A DNA stretch of 64,000 bases from Felis catus (GCF_018350175.1 NC_058368.1:92320001-92384000), one strand, 5' to 3'; counted from the stretch's first letter, positions 12,021 to 24,825 are shown. Translations and numbers: made by a program. The notes: generated from the sequence alone by a model not told the origin.

Positions 12021-12907
12021 GATTCCCCTGTCCCTTTTAGGGCCTGGCTAGGCCCTAAGGCTTGATGCCCATGTAGGAATCAAAACTAAGACAGAATGAT
12101 GCTTCCCAACCTGTGTCCTGCCAGTGGGTTAGAGGCACCTTTTAACCTTTGGTCTTCAGGAAAACCTGGCATGACCTGAGGTAACCAGGCTCCTTGGCTG
12201 GTAGTTTCTGGACATGGATAATCTTGTCTGGGACTTAAGCAGAATGGAATCAGGTACTCTCCCTGGGCTTGGCCTTCATGCTCTACACTCAGGCATGAAC
12301 TTCAGCAGCGAGCTGATGGGTAGAGTGTGTGGCTGTCCATTGTGGACCCATGGCCTCTGATGCTGCTGGAGATCACTCTTCTTCCAGGTTGAGCTCAGGA
12401 GCAGGGGGTGCAGCTTGTGCATTTATCGTCAAGGTTCATAGTAGAGGAAGACCTGGTGAGAGCTTCTGGTAGACCTCTTGTAGCTGTTTTTCTGCATATT
12501 AGATGCTTTCACTGAAGTACAGCAGATGTACCCTTTTATAGGCCCGAGCTAGCGACAGTGTGGCTGCTCTTACAATGCATGAGCCTCTTTGCAAATTATC
12601 TTTACCATTAGTATGAATACTTGACGTGGGGAAAAGTTGGGTTGGAAATGAAGCACTTTGGCGTTATTATCAAGAGTTATAACATTTATTTGTCTACAAA
12701 AGAAAAGAAAATGCTGATCAATTCTCTCAATGTCGTTTCAACTAATATACATTTTGGAGTTTCGGAAAATTCCAAAATTTGGAAGGGTTGTAAAATATGT
12801 AGTGTAAACAATGGTTTTAAATTTATCACCCATTTGTGATAGTAAAGTTTCTCATCAGTCTCAAGTCTCTGGAATTTGAACAACTCATCATTAAAAACTT
12901 GATCAGG

Positions 12908-13160
12908 AGGGATGCCTGGGTGGCTCAGTCAGTTGAACATCTGACTCTTGATTTTGGCTCAGGTCATGATCTCACGGTTCATGGGATCCAGCCACACAGT
13001 GGGCCCCACACTGGACATGGAGACTGCTTGGGATTCTCTCTCTCCCATCTCTCTGCCCCTCCCCTGCTCTCTCTTGTGCGAGTGTGTGTGCATTGTCTCT
13101 CCCTCTCTCTGTCTCAAAAAATAACCAAACAAAACAAAACAAAACAAAACAAAACAAAAC
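12908..13160 (+). mobile_element. Can-SINE with (AAAAC)n tail
   Basis: TSD aaaacttgatcagg. Confidence 0.95.
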
Positions 13161-13610
13161 TTGATCAGGCATTTCTTGTGCCCATTTTAGGAATAAAAGC
13201 TGATATACAATGTATTTATTTTTTGTTTTTAGCATAACTTTATTTGTTTACTTGTTTATATTCCAGTGTAGTTAATATACAGTGTTATATTAGGTTCAAG
13301 TGTACAGTATAGTGATTCACCTGTTCTGTACATTTCTCAGTGCTCGTCGTGATAAACATACTCTTTAATCCCCATCACCTGTTTTGCCCATCCCCTCACC
13401 CACCTCTCCTCTGGTAACCATCAGTTTGTTTTCTAAAGAGTCTGTTGTTTTGTTTCTCTATTTTTTTTCTTTCTTTGTTTTCTTTTCTAAATTCCACACA
13501 TGAGTGAAATCGTATGGTATTTGGCTTTCTCTGTCTGATTTATTTCACTTAGCATTGTACCCTCTGGATCTGTCCATGCTGTTGCAAATGGCAAGATTTC
13601 ATTCTTTTTT

Positions 13611-13683
13611 ATGGCTGAGTTATATATATATATATATTATATAAGGCTGATATATATATATAAAATATATATTATATATATGG

Positions 13684-13731
<48 letters not shown>
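13611..13731. repeat. Compound (TA)n microsatellite in L1
   Basis: TA runs separated by three ggctga units. Confidence 0.93.
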
Positions 13732-13732
<1 letters not shown>

Positions 13733-13978
13733 CATCTTCTTTATTCAATTATCAATTGGTAATGACACTTGGGTTGCTTTTCTATTTTGGCTATTGTAAA
13801 TAACGCTGCAATAAACATAGAGCGGCATGTATCTTTGTGAATTCTGGGTAAAAACCCAGTGAAATTACTGGATCATAGTGAAATACTGTTCTATTTTTAA
13901 TTTTTTGAGGAACTTCCATACTGTTTCCCGGAGTGACCGCACCAATTTGCATTCCCACCAATGGTGCATGAAGTTTCC

Positions 13979-14194
13979 TTTTTTTTTTTTTTTTAGTTTA
14001 TTTATTTTTGAGAGAGACAGAGACAGTGTGAGTAGGGGAGGGGCAGAGAGAGAGGGAGAGAAAGAATACCAAGCAGGTTCCACACTGTCAGCACAGAGCC
14101 TGATGCAGAGCTCAAACTCATGAAACTGGGAGATCATGACCTGAGCTGAAACAAAGAGTTTGATGCTCAACAGACTGAGCCACCCAGACGCCCC
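13979..14194 (-). mobile_element. Can-SINE nested in L1
   Basis: SINE motifs; TSD tgaag(t/g)ttcctttt. Confidence 0.94.
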
Positions 14195-15072
14195 TGAAGG
14201 TTCCTTTTTCTCCACATCCTTGCCAACACTTGTTATTTCTTGTGTTTTTGGTTTTAGCCATGCTGACAGACATGAGTTGATATCTCATTGTGGTTTTGAT
14301 TTGCATTTCCCTGATGACAAGTGATGTTGGACTGATATACAATTTACATCCATTGGATCAACCTTAGGTGTCTCTTAAAACACTAGAAAATATCTTACTT
14401 GTGTTTTTTTGTAAAATTTCAAAATTTAGTAACTTTCCTAATACTTGGCCTTTTGTTCGTTGTAATTGTATATTATAAAAACAATGTGATCACATTTTCA
14501 GAAAGCCACCTGTAGATGTCCCCAGACCTCTTCTGGTTTCCCCTAGTGTACAGTACAAATATTAGCACATTTTATGTTTGCTAGGAAAAAGAATTAGAAG
14601 CACTGACAAAGAGTCAGTGAAGAAAAGTCTGAGGTCCCACCAGCCCCTCTACCGAAGGGATGAAGGGAGGCCAAGTAGGTCAGGCATCAGGGATTATAGG
14701 ACTTTCCAGATAGGTATCTGGGAGCTGAAGGAAATCTGGAGTGAGAATAGACACATTCCATGGGTGTGGCCCTCTACACTGGGGACAAACATGGGCCCAG
14801 AGGTGGATGCTCTCCCATCACCCTAAAGAGCCAGATATGGCCAAAAGCACCCCAGGGGGTCGGACAATCTAGCCGCTTTGCAGCAAAGATCAGAGTGGAT
14901 CCAGAGGATGCCATAGTGACCTGAGGACCACTCCCTGCTGCTGCCAGGAGGGGACAGTGAGCCCCCTTTACATATATAGTGGCCATTTGGGGGAAGTTGG
15001 AGGTGAGGGAGCAAAATCTGAAAGACTGAAATTTGGTAGAATGGGTCTGAGTCATCCAAAAGAGATCATGGA

Positions 15073-15282
15073 GGGGCGCCTGGGTGGCTCAGTTGGTTAA
15101 GCACCTGACTCTTGGTTTAGCCTCAGGTCATGATCTCACAGTTCGTGGGTTCGAGCCTCATGTGAGATTCCCTCTCTCCCTCTCTGCCTCTCCCCTGCTC
15201 ACACTGTCTCTGTCTCTGTCAAAACAACAACAATAACAACAACAACAACAGTAACAAAACACACACAAAAAAATTCCAAACC
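15073..15282 (+). mobile_element. Can-SINE with (AAC)n tail
   Basis: TSD aaaagagatcatgga. Confidence 0.93.
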
Positions 15283-16320
15283 AAAAGAGATCATGGAAAC
15301 TCACTATACTTTGAATAGACAGAGTATTTAAATGAAATCATTTAAACTGTTGCAAACAAAAGCAATTAAAATATTATCAATTGCAAATCTGAATTATCCA
15401 TGCTACTCAGCAAGGTTGGAGCCTGATGAAGATGAGGCCAGCTTTCCAGAAAGAAGTTAGGCTTTCTGGCCACATCTGAATGCAGTGTGATCGAATGATT
15501 ATCCTACACAAGCCATGGGGTTAGACTTCTTTGGTCGGCAATGGTGGGAGGGAGAGGGGGCTTTGAGGGTTTGTTGGTAACGTTGGCTATCTCTGCGTTA
15601 TAGATCATGAATACACCTCCTTTTCCCTTTTACTCACTTGAAGTTTCCAATTTGCCCACGATGGACTCACACTGCTCCCTTCAACAACCCAAAGTAAAAT
15701 CTCTTGCTAATGAAAATTATAAGTTTTCCAGTTAGGAAATAATCTAGCCCAATGAATATGTTCATTAGAGTTTTTATTTCGGTTCCTACTATCTACTTTT
15801 TCTTCCTAAATCCTAAAATATACTGAAATACATTAAGAAACAGGATGGCAATGAATCCCCTTACTTAAAAGTGGCTGGAAGTAGAGATTGTTTTAAAAAC
15901 TAGCATTGAGACATCGCCAAAAACATCTTCCTGGGTCTGCAGAAAGGATTTTGGAAATGGCATGTGATACGTTAAGTCTGACTTACTGCTTCTCACATAC
16001 CATGGAATAATCTTTTTTTTTTTTTTTTTTTTTTTTGCTGAAATTATTGGATGGTTATTTTTAATGTGAAATGTTTTCCCATCATCAGATATGCATTGGG
16101 AAATACCTGTCACATGTGTCTCTTTGGTCAGTGATCCTGGGGATGAAGACAAATAAACATGAAAGCAGAAAAATTAATGGGAGGGAGACGGGCCTTTCAC
16201 TGATGATATGGGTTTGTCTTGGCTTCTCCCACTCCTATCATCATACTTTTGCTTAGGATCCCGCTCTCTCACCTTGTTCTGTTCTGTGTTTTCCTGGGAT
16301 GCTGTTGCTTCTTTTTCTTC

Positions 16321-16539
16321 TTTAAAAAATTTTAACATTTATTTATTTTTGAGAGAGAGAGAGAGTGTGCACGCACATGAGAGAGGGGTAGAGGGAGGAA
16401 GAGAGGCAGAATCCCAAGCAGACTCCATGCTGTCAGTACAGAGCCTGATGTGGGGCTCGAACTCAACAAACTGTGAGATCATGACTTGAGCAGAAATCGA
16501 GAGATGGCTGCTCAACTGACTGAGCCACCCAGGTGCCCC
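16321..16539 (-). mobile_element. Can-SINE
   Basis: SINE motifs. Confidence 0.93.
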
Positions 16540-16751
16540 ACCCTGGGGCGCTTCTTAATGTGTGCTCTTTCTCTTGGGACACTTGTATTTTATCCCTTAT
16601 TGTGTGGGAGTCACGTAGTAAATGTGCTTTGTGATTTGAAAAATGCTTTATCGTTTTCTTTTTAAAAAGGGAAGAGTCCAGTTAAGATGTTCAAACTTGA
16701 ATTATGTACAGAAAAAAATGTGAATATTAGTCATTTTAAAATACAACTTCT

Positions 16752-16972
16752 GGGGCACCTGGGTTGTTTAGTCAGTTGCACGACTGACTTCAGCTCAGGT
16801 CACGATCTCACGGTTAGTGGATCGAGCCCCGCGTGGGGGTCTGTGCTGACAGCTCAGAGCCTGGAGTTTCCTTCAGATTCTGTGTCTTCCTCTCTCTTTC
16901 TGCCCCTTCCCCGGTTGTGTGCGTGCATGTGCGCTCTCTTTCCCAAAAATAAATAAAATAAACATAAAAAAA
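16752..16972 (+). mobile_element. Can-SINE
   Basis: SINE motifs; outer TSD aaa(a/g)tacaacttct brackets this copy and the next. Confidence 0.93.
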
Positions 16973-16974
16973 GG

Positions 16975-17205
16975 GGGGCGCCTGGGTGGCGCAGTCGGTT
17001 AAGCGTCCGACTTCAGCCAGGTCACGATCTCGCGGTCCGTGAGTTCGAGTCCCGCGTCAGGCTCTGGGCTGATGGCCCGGAGCCTGGAGCCTGTTTCCGA
17101 TTCTGTGTCTCCCTCTCTCTCTGCCCCTCCCCCGTTCATGCTCTGTCTCTCTCTGTCTCAAAAATAAATAAAAACGTTGAAAAAAAATAAAAAAAAAAAA
17201 AAGAA
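16975..17205 (+). mobile_element. Young Can-SINE inserted in the previous SINE tail
   Basis: Near-consensus, CpG-rich copy. Confidence 0.96.
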
Positions 17206-18176
17206 ATTGTAAAGTACAACTTCTCTACAATTTTTTTTTTCTTTTTGGTTCTAAATTACACCACTAATTTAAATGTTACAAGGAATAGTTCGTTTACGAA
17301 AAGTGAGTAAATTAGGAGTGGTGGATGCTTAGATTTCAAATAAAAAAAGTCAGCTCCTTAATATATAAGACTCTTAATTTATAAGGTCCTCCTTAGCAGC
17401 CTGTCCGTCTTACTTGTCTCCTGGGCTTTCTATATTTTGAGGACACAGTAATGCCATTATTTTAGGGGAGAGTCCTCTGGTAGCAGTGAGGCAGGACTGG
17501 GGAGAAATCACATATGATCCACTCCTTCCCTTTAATTCTGACATTCTTATCCTTGAAGGGGAAAGGGGGAATTTGTCCACTGTTTACATTAATTAGAAGC
17601 CTTTTTTTTCCCCTCTGAAAAAAAGGGAAAACATTAAGGTGTTAGATGGTAATTGTTCCTTGACTCTGGACATGAGTCTTTGGAGAAATTCTCTTTAGTA
17701 AATGCAACTCACCCGCATGCAGTTGAAACGATCATCAAAATCTTTCATAAAGAAACTAATAGTGTGGAGTAATAACTACTTGCAAGGGTGTTGGGGGAAT
17801 TAATCAGAGAGGTTCTGTAAAGTGGTTTGGAGCCGAAAAGTGCAATATAAATGCTAAGTAGCCACATATTTTTCTGGGAAGGGGTGGGGTAAATGTAATC
17901 AGGGCTCCGCTCAAGCTGAGCAACCTGATGGCCACCTCCACACTCATATTAAAATTTCCAAAAGAGCTGTCTTTCTTTCCTCCTACCACGGTGTAAATAA
18001 TCTCCACAAACCTCAGGGCAATTCAAGCTTCAGAGGGCTTATGAAGAATTGGGGAAAGAAACCAGCATATCGTATTTAGATAGTAGGTGCTCAGTAAATA
18101 TTTGTTGATTTCATTTGATTTCACCGTTGTGTTTTCCGAGCCCCTTACGAGCTTTTGAATTCCCTTAAGACGATAT

Positions 18177-18195
18177 TGACACTAGATGGCGCCAG
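18177..18195 (+). promoter_or_regulatory. CTCF-binding motif candidate
   Basis: tgacactagatggcgccag matches the CTCF core CCACYAGRKGGCRS apart from the first base. Confidence 0.6.
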
Positions 18196-18644
18196 GTCAC
18201 CGGGGAAGACTGGCCCCCGCCGCTGGTGGTTGGAGAGTGCATCTCTAATTTTGTAATTAGCCAAGAACTCAAGAGTTTTCACTCATTTCCTCTTCATTTT
18301 ACTTGTTAAGAAATCGTGACCTTTTTTATTTTTTCAGGGGTGGGTCAGGGACCCACTGTATGATTTTTTACCTCTGCATAAAGCAAGTTCAATTAGATTT
18401 AATTCTCACTTTGAGGGAGAGAATGCCAGGCTGCTGCCAGCTCTCGTTCACAGTGTGTGGCGTTGGTAATGGGCTATGACAGCCTCCCTCCTGCCGCTAA
18501 CTCTGTGTCACGCGAGCAGTCGGAAGGTGACTTGAGATCGCGAGAAATGAAGGTGCGAGATTGATTCTAACAATGAGAACGTGTTTTCTGGTCTCCCCTT
18601 CTCTGAAAGCTAATGAGTACTCAATTTCCCTTGGCATAAAAGTA

Positions 18645-18978
18645 CAGTTGACCCTTGAGCAAAACAGCTTTGCACTGCACGGAACCACTTCGGTGTGGAT
18701 GTTCTTCGTTACAGTACTACACTGTAAACGTCTTTTCGCTTAGGATTTTCTTAACATTTTCTTTGCTCTAGCTTATGTTATTGTAAGAATACAGTATATC
18801 ACACATAGAATATACAAAATATGTGTTAATCAAATACAAAATAATGTGTTTATGTCATAGGTCAATACTGGTAGGCTATTAGTAGTTAAGTTTTGAGGGA
18901 AATCAAAAGTTACACGTGGATTTTTAACTGTGCGTAGGGTCAGCGCTCCTAACTTCCACTTAGTTCAAGGGTCAACTG
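18645..18978. mobile_element. Tigger2-type non-autonomous Tc1/mariner DNA transposon
   Basis: Perfect 14-bp TIR cagttgacccttga / tcaagggtcaactg, flanked by TA on both sides. Confidence 0.92.
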
Positions 18979-19036
18979 TATTAGTTTTCTCAAAGTCCTT
19001 GGAAAGTCCCAGAATGGGCTAAAACGTTTATTTGCC

Positions 19037-19284
19037 TTTTATTTATTTATTTTTTCAAATTTTAAAAAGTTTATTTGTAAGAGAGGGAAAAAGAGAGAGA
19101 GAGAGAGAAAGACAGAGCTCTAGCTGGGGAGGGGCAGAGAGAGAGGGAGACACAGAATCTTAAGCAAGCTTCAGGCTCCGAGCCATCAGCACAGAGCCGG
19201 ATGTGGGCCTTGAACCCACGAATCCTAAGATCATGACCCTAGCCGAAGTTGGATGCTTACCTGACTGAGCCACTTGGGTGCCCC
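19037..19284 (-). mobile_element. Can-SINE
   Basis: SINE motifs. Confidence 0.93.
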
Positions 19285-19824
19285 TCTTTGCCCTTTAAAA
19301 AATAGTTTTCAGTGATTCAGACTGTTACTATGATGTTGAAAATAATTGAACAGTTAAGCCTTAAGGTAATGTCTAAAAGCAAATTCTAGCAGATGAGATC
19401 ATTGGTTTCCACCATACACAGAATTATCTTTGAGGGGACAGGTAATATTCTCCCCGCCTTCTATTGTTTATAGGTGTAAGAGGACATATTTTAATTTGTT
19501 AATTATGTTTTGATCTGTTTGGTGTTTAAAACATTCAAGTGGGGTAAATCCTTTAAAGAACCCAGAGGGTGGGGGCGAAGAGTCCTTCACCAGGATAGAG
19601 GCCTCTGAACAATTGCATTCATGTAATCAGGTGCACAATTATATATACTATACATCTTTACCTCTATCTCCTTGAGCCTTATGATTTTATTAAGACAGTC
19701 AGGGCCACTCAAAAAGTCAATTGGGAAGGAGAAAGTTTAGAAAGGAAGCCATGGAAGCTACTCACGAGGCTAGAAGTAGCTGGTGTCATGAGAAAGAAAG
19801 AAGTTTAGGTATATGTTAACTCCC

Positions 19825-20560
19825 CTGTTCCTAAACTGGGTGCTGTGACATCCCTGGGGTACCTCAGCAAACTCACTACGATGCTCTGATACATTTGATT
19901 TAAACACACATTTTTTTAAAAATGTTTATTGTTGAGAGACAGAGCATGAACAGGGGAGGGGCAGAGAGAGAGAGAGGGAGACACAGAATCCAAACCAGGC
20001 TCCAGGCTGTCAGCACGGAGCCTGATATGGGGACCTGGAGCTGGAACCCACGAACCGGGAGATCATGACCTGAGCCGAAGTCAGACGCTTAACCGACTGA
20101 GCCACCCACGCGTCCCTGAAACATTCTGGTTTTTGAGAGAAACAGAATGACATCTGTCAGAAACCAAGCAAACGGCTTCCAAGCATAAATATTAGGTTGC
20201 TCTACTTGCCTTTGGGTGACATCATATTTTCGCAAAGCTGGGTCTTCAGAAGTTGATGGGATAAAAAGCAGGTCTGTATAGAACTCAGTATGGAATCGTT
20301 AATAAAGACGGCAGTGTCTAATCTGATGCCGATGTTGAAGGAGCTCTGTCGTGTCTAAGAGGCATATACATCTCCTTTGCAAGTAATTAATTATGGTTAT
20401 TGAATAATTAAGGGGAACAGTTTGTCCTTTAATGTCTGTGAATTGTTTTTTCCAAATGGCTACTAAACTGTTAGGATATAAGTATGTATTTGGTGTTTTG
20501 GCTATCGTGACCCCATGAAAGGAGCTGTTAGGTATTTATTCTGGCATGGGGCAAAAAAAT
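19825..20560. mobile_element. hAT-Charlie-type DNA transposon remnant split by a SINE
   Basis: gttcctaaactgggtgctgtgacatccctgggg start and ggcagtgtctaatctgat...gtaattaatt body resemble Charlie elements; exact family uncertain. Confidence 0.55.
19911..20116 (-). mobile_element. Can-SINE
   Basis: SINE motifs. Confidence 0.93.
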
Positions 20561-20887
20561 TACTGAGACACTAAGAGTGACCCGAACTTAGAAAATTTGG
20601 GACCTTCTGGGCTAATGTTGTAAGTGGCCCCTTGGTTTTCCTTGAGGAGTGGCAGATATGGCTCCAGCCTCAGGGCCTTGGCTTGCATTGCTCTCTCCAT
20701 CTGAAGTGTGCCTCCCTCAGATGTCGGCTTGACTGAATTCATCCTTTGCAGTAAGTCCTCGCTCAGATCCCATATGTATATGGAACCTTAGACTCACCGC
20801 CATCTTTCATACTGTACCCCATTTACCCTTCCCCGTGCTCAGCTACCCCTTCTTTACTGTATTTTGCTATTATGCTTATCACTTTTA

Positions 20888-21013
20888 TTTATTTATTTTG
20901 CTCCACACCCAGTGTGGAGCCCAATGACGGGCTTGAACTCATGACCCTGAACTCAAAGACCTGAGCTGAGATCAAGAGTCTGACGCCTAACCAAGTGAGC
21001 CACCCGGTGCCCC
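20888..21013 (-). mobile_element. Short Can-SINE
   Basis: TSD tatgcttatcactttta. Confidence 0.9.
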
Positions 21014-21158
21014 TATGCTTATCACTTTTAAGGGCATAACTTAGTTGTTTATTATTCTTATGGCTTATTATTTGTTCCTCTCCCTAAATTGTAAGTGTCA
21101 CATGGGCAAAGTTCTTTGCTATTCTATTTACTGGCTAATAAATTTAAAAAGTGTTTGT

Positions 21159-21276
21159 GGGGGGACGCCTGACTGGCTCAGTCGGTGGAGCCTGTGACTC
21201 TTGATCTCAGGGTGGTGGGTTTGAGTCCCACGTTGCATGTAGAGATTACCTAAAAATAAAATCTTTTTAAAAAAAG
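21159..21276 (+). mobile_element. Short older Can-SINE
   Basis: tRNA-like head plus A tail. Confidence 0.88.
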
Positions 21277-21604
21277 GCATTTAGAACAATGCCTGGCACA
21301 CAGTTCTTTGTAAATATTTGTTGAATGAGTGAAAAATTGTCAGTGGTGCCTCAAGCCTGGTAAATACGTGTTTCCATAGATGTTTGTTATACAAAAAGTA
21401 TACAAGAGTTTTAAAGATAAAAATACCTCAGGAATGCTCTCTGCTCAGAGGTCATTTTGTGATTCCAATTCTTCTAGTGTATATTGAAAGAATAGCTAAC
21501 TGAGTCACTGTTGTTGTTCAAATAAATCCTTATGTTTTTGCTTTATAGAATGAGGGGGTGAAGAGATCAAGGATTCTACTCTTGATTTTTCTAGTTCTTC
21601 ATTC

Positions 21605-21824
21605 TTTTTTTTTTAAGTTTATTTATTTCTTTTGAGACAGAGAGACAGAGACAGTGCGAGTGGGGGAGGGGCAGAGAGACAGAGGGAGAGAGAGCATCCC
21701 AAACAGGCTCCGTGGTCCCAGCACAGAGCCCAACATGGGGCTTTAACTCATTAAACTGTGAGATAACGACCTGAGCCGAAACAGAGAATCAGATGCTTAA
21801 CTGACTGAGCCATGTAGGTGCCCC
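21605..21824 (-). mobile_element. Can-SINE
   Basis: SINE motifs. Confidence 0.93.
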
Positions 21825-22064
21825 TCTAGTTCTTTCTTTAAGATTAGTCTAAATAGTCTTTCAGTAGAGGTGATCCTTAGTTCTTTGAAATAATGAAAAG
21901 GTATCTCTGGGGGTTCATTTATAACTTCAGACCTTTCTGAAAGGAAGGAAACCTCACAGAAATAAGTGCCACACGTTCTGTAGTAGAATCATCACACATA
22001 CATGAAGGAATGGTGTTACTGAGCTTTGTTGATTCCAAGTGAAAAGGGCTCCATGTTGACTCAG

Positions 22065-22385
22065 TGTATTAGTTTCCTATGCTGTGTAACAAGTTACCAC
22101 GAACTTAATGACTTGAAACAACCCACATTTATTATCTTACAGTTAGTGTGAGGCAGGAACCTGGGCAAGGTTTGCTGGGGCCATCTACCTCAGCCCTCAT
22201 GAGGTGGCAGTTGAGGTGTTAGATGGGCTGCATTCTCAGCAGGGGGGCCTGACCAGGAAAAGTCTTTCCCAACTCAATCAGGTTGTTGGCAGAATTCATA
22301 TCCTTTTGGCCAAATGATGGAGGACCATGCTTCTAAGTGTCTTTGGGCCTGAGGCCCTCTTGGGTTCTAGAGATCACACTGGTCT
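22065..22385 (-). mobile_element. MaLR LTR part (MLT1E/F-like)
   Basis: tgtattagtttcctatgctgtgtaacaagttaccac...atttattatcttacagtt. Confidence 0.8.
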
Positions 22386-22387
22386 TA

Positions 22388-22560
22388 GATGGGTGGGGGA
22401 TAGGCTAAATGGGTGATGGGTACTAAGGAGAGCACTTGTTGTGATGAGCACTGGGTGTTATATGTAAGTGGTGAACCACTAAATTCTACTCCTGAAACCA
22501 ATACTACACTATATGTTAACTAACTAGAATTTAAATAAAAATTTGGAAGAAAAAAAAAAA
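22388..22560 (+). mobile_element. L1 extreme 3' end with poly(A)
   Basis: gatgagcactgggtgttatatgtaagt...ctactcctgaaaccaatactacactatatgttaac, similar to the L1 end at 1920-2020. Confidence 0.9.
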
Positions 22561-22697
22561 GAGTTTGGACAAAAATGTGACTCCATTTAGGATATGGGGA
22601 GATATTCAACACATATTAAATAATGATATTTTACTTAATTTGACCATGAACTTTCACTTAAATACAGTGTGCATTATTACACACTGGCAACCAGCAT

Positions 22698-22912
22698 CTT
22701 TTTTTTTTTTTTTAATGTTTATTTATTTTTGAGAGAGACAGAGACAGACTGAGTGGTTAGGGGCAGAGAGAGAGGGAGACACAGAATCTGAAGCAGGCTT
22801 CAGGCTCTGAGCCGTCAGCACAGAGCCCGATGCAGGGCTCAAACTCACGAGCCGTGAGATTGTGACCTGAGCTGAAGTTGGAGGCTCAATCGACAGAGCC
22901 ACCCACGTGCCC
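22698..22912 (-). mobile_element. Can-SINE
   Basis: SINE motifs. Confidence 0.94.
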
Positions 22913-23912
22913 TGGCAACATCTTTAAAACAGCAAGGATAGAGATTGCCATTTTGTCATTAAAGAAAGAAGGTCCAAGTTGCTTTCTTGCATTAATCTCT
23001 ACAAAATAGTTCCTTTTTCCTGATAAATACTACTAATTATAAAATTGAATTATAAAAATAAAAGAAAAATACAACAGTGACTTGAAATCAATCTCTCATT
23101 TTTACAGTGAATATATATTGTTTCTGTAATAAGAAAAATTAAATGTTATTAATAAAGAAATTAACTTATCAAAAGACATGTGCAGGTGATTTAGAGAGAA
23201 GTAGGAAAAAAGTCATTTTACAAGGTATTCCAAAGTAAAATTTCACTGGGGAAGAATACTAGAATGTTTTTCTCAAGACTCAGGAGAATCATAAATCCAT
23301 GGAAACTCAGGAGTCTCATTTTGCTCTGGTGAAAAAGGACTGCATGAAGATTACCTAGGGGTGTAAATTTGCATTTATAAAAAGCTATAGAATTTTTACC
23401 AGAACCTTGTTTTTAATCATCTCACCATACATGGATTTCATTGTACTGTGAACAAACTCTGTACCCATGAAGGGCCTATGATAGGTAGTTCGCCAACAAT
23501 ACATCCAGGATTCAACTGTTCCAATAAATAGATAAGCATTTTGAAAATATTTGCTCAGCTCTGTCAATGCCTTGAATGCCATACAGAAAATACATGTTTT
23601 TTCTCCATGGCCTCCTAACTCAGGTACCATGGTACCCATCCTACTTTTTGGTTGTCAAAATACAATATTGCACATTTTATTCTCTTAAGGTTTTGTAGGT
23701 TTGATGTGAACTTTATAGGTAAGGACAAGTTCTTAATGACTTTTTGAGGCAGAGATTTCCTGTGCCCAGGGTTGGGGAAGCTTCATGAAAGAGGTCAACA
23801 GATGTCTGTGAGAGGGATGTGAGGTCTAATGAGAGTCAGGCAGATGGCTGCTCCAGGTGTGGGGAACCACTCTGAGAAGGTACAGTATCCAGAATAGCTA
23901 TAAGACCTATAG

Positions 23913-24105
23913 CAGTGGTTCTCAAACTTAAGCCTCTGTCAGAATCCTCTGCAGGGCTTGTTAAAACAAAGATGGTGGCTCCCACCACCCAGTTTCTAAT
24001 TCTAATTCAGCAGATCTAGCTGTGGGGTCTGAGATTGCTATTTCTAACAAGTTATCCTATGATGCTGATGCAGTTGTTCCAAGGACCACATTTTGAGAAA
24101 CACTG
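23913..24105. mobile_element. MER5A-type hAT MITE
   Basis: TIRs cagtggttctcaaa / tttgagaaacactg, about 190 bp, gatgctgatgc motif. Confidence 0.88.
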
Positions 24106-24205
24106 AGCAAATTACCACCTGGCTTGATTAGGAGCTGGCCACTTGCAGAGAAAATAGGAGGCAAAAAATCCTAGAAGGAACACCTAAAATAAGAGTGAGC
24201 ATCTT

Positions 24206-24380
24206 GGGGTGTGCCTGGGTAGCTCAGTTGGTTAAGCATCTGACTTCAGCTCAGGTCATGATCTCACGGTTAGCAAGTTCGAGCTCCACATTGGGCTCGC
24301 TGCTGAACTCACTTCAGATCCCCTGTCCCCCTCTCTTGCTGCGTCCCCCTCTCAAAAATAAAAATAAACATTAAAAAAAA
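24206..24380 (+). mobile_element. Can-SINE
   Basis: TSD aagagtgagcatc. Confidence 0.93.
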
Positions 24381-24409
24381 GAGTGAGCATCATGAGACTT
24401 GATTGACAA

Positions 24410-24825
24410 GAGACAAACAGCTTGTTAATGTGTTCGTAGAACATCTTTTACAAATAGAGTAACTCAAAGTGGTGGCTTAGAACTCCAGCTTATGTAGCAT
24501 CTTCAACAAAGAAAAATGTATTTGTGGAGAAATGACAGGACATAAGAAAGTGATTTTAGGCTTCCAAGGGCAGCAAACCATGGGAAGATAAATCTATGGG
24601 AGGAAACTAATGGTGTGAGGTTTGTTTGCAGATTCTTCTTGTTCTGTCTCTGGGCTGATAAGACTCTGTCTCCAGTAAGAAAATTTAAATCCTGCCTTTA
24701 GGCAGAAAGTGGGGAGGATAGAGAGAGCTTTTCCTGAATTTGCTGCTTCTTAAATCCTTCTTCAGCTCAAAATCTTGTTTATGTCAAAAAGGCATACTTG
24801 GGATGACATATTCTGCTTGCCTTCA
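24410..24825 (-). mobile_element. ERV1-class solo LTR (MER34-like)
   Basis: Ends cttcagctcaaaa...ggcatacttgggatgacatattctg...ccttca, the antisense of a tgaagg...cagaatatg LTR start. Confidence 0.7.

Larger units (their letters stand above)
13212..14331 (-). mobile_element. 5'-truncated L1 (ORF2 end and 3' UTR)
   Basis: Antisense peptides HWWECKLV...VWKFLKKLKIE and [18 protein letters not shown] ctgatatacaat at 13200-13211 and 14332-14343. Confidence 0.93.
20660..21335 (+). mobile_element. L2 3' end split by two short SINEs
   Basis: cctcagggccttgg...tagaacaatgcctggcacacag...taaatatttgttgaatgagtgaa. Confidence 0.8.

Noticed and set aside
15865..15936. Minus-strand exon candidate (ctgcag| ... 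TAA|GTAAGG)
   Set aside because: All three frames contain stops and no partner exon is evident.
23385..23639. 84-aa minus-strand ORF in unique sequence
   Set aside because: No recognisable homology, splice context or poly(A)/TSD signature; the length is compatible with chance.
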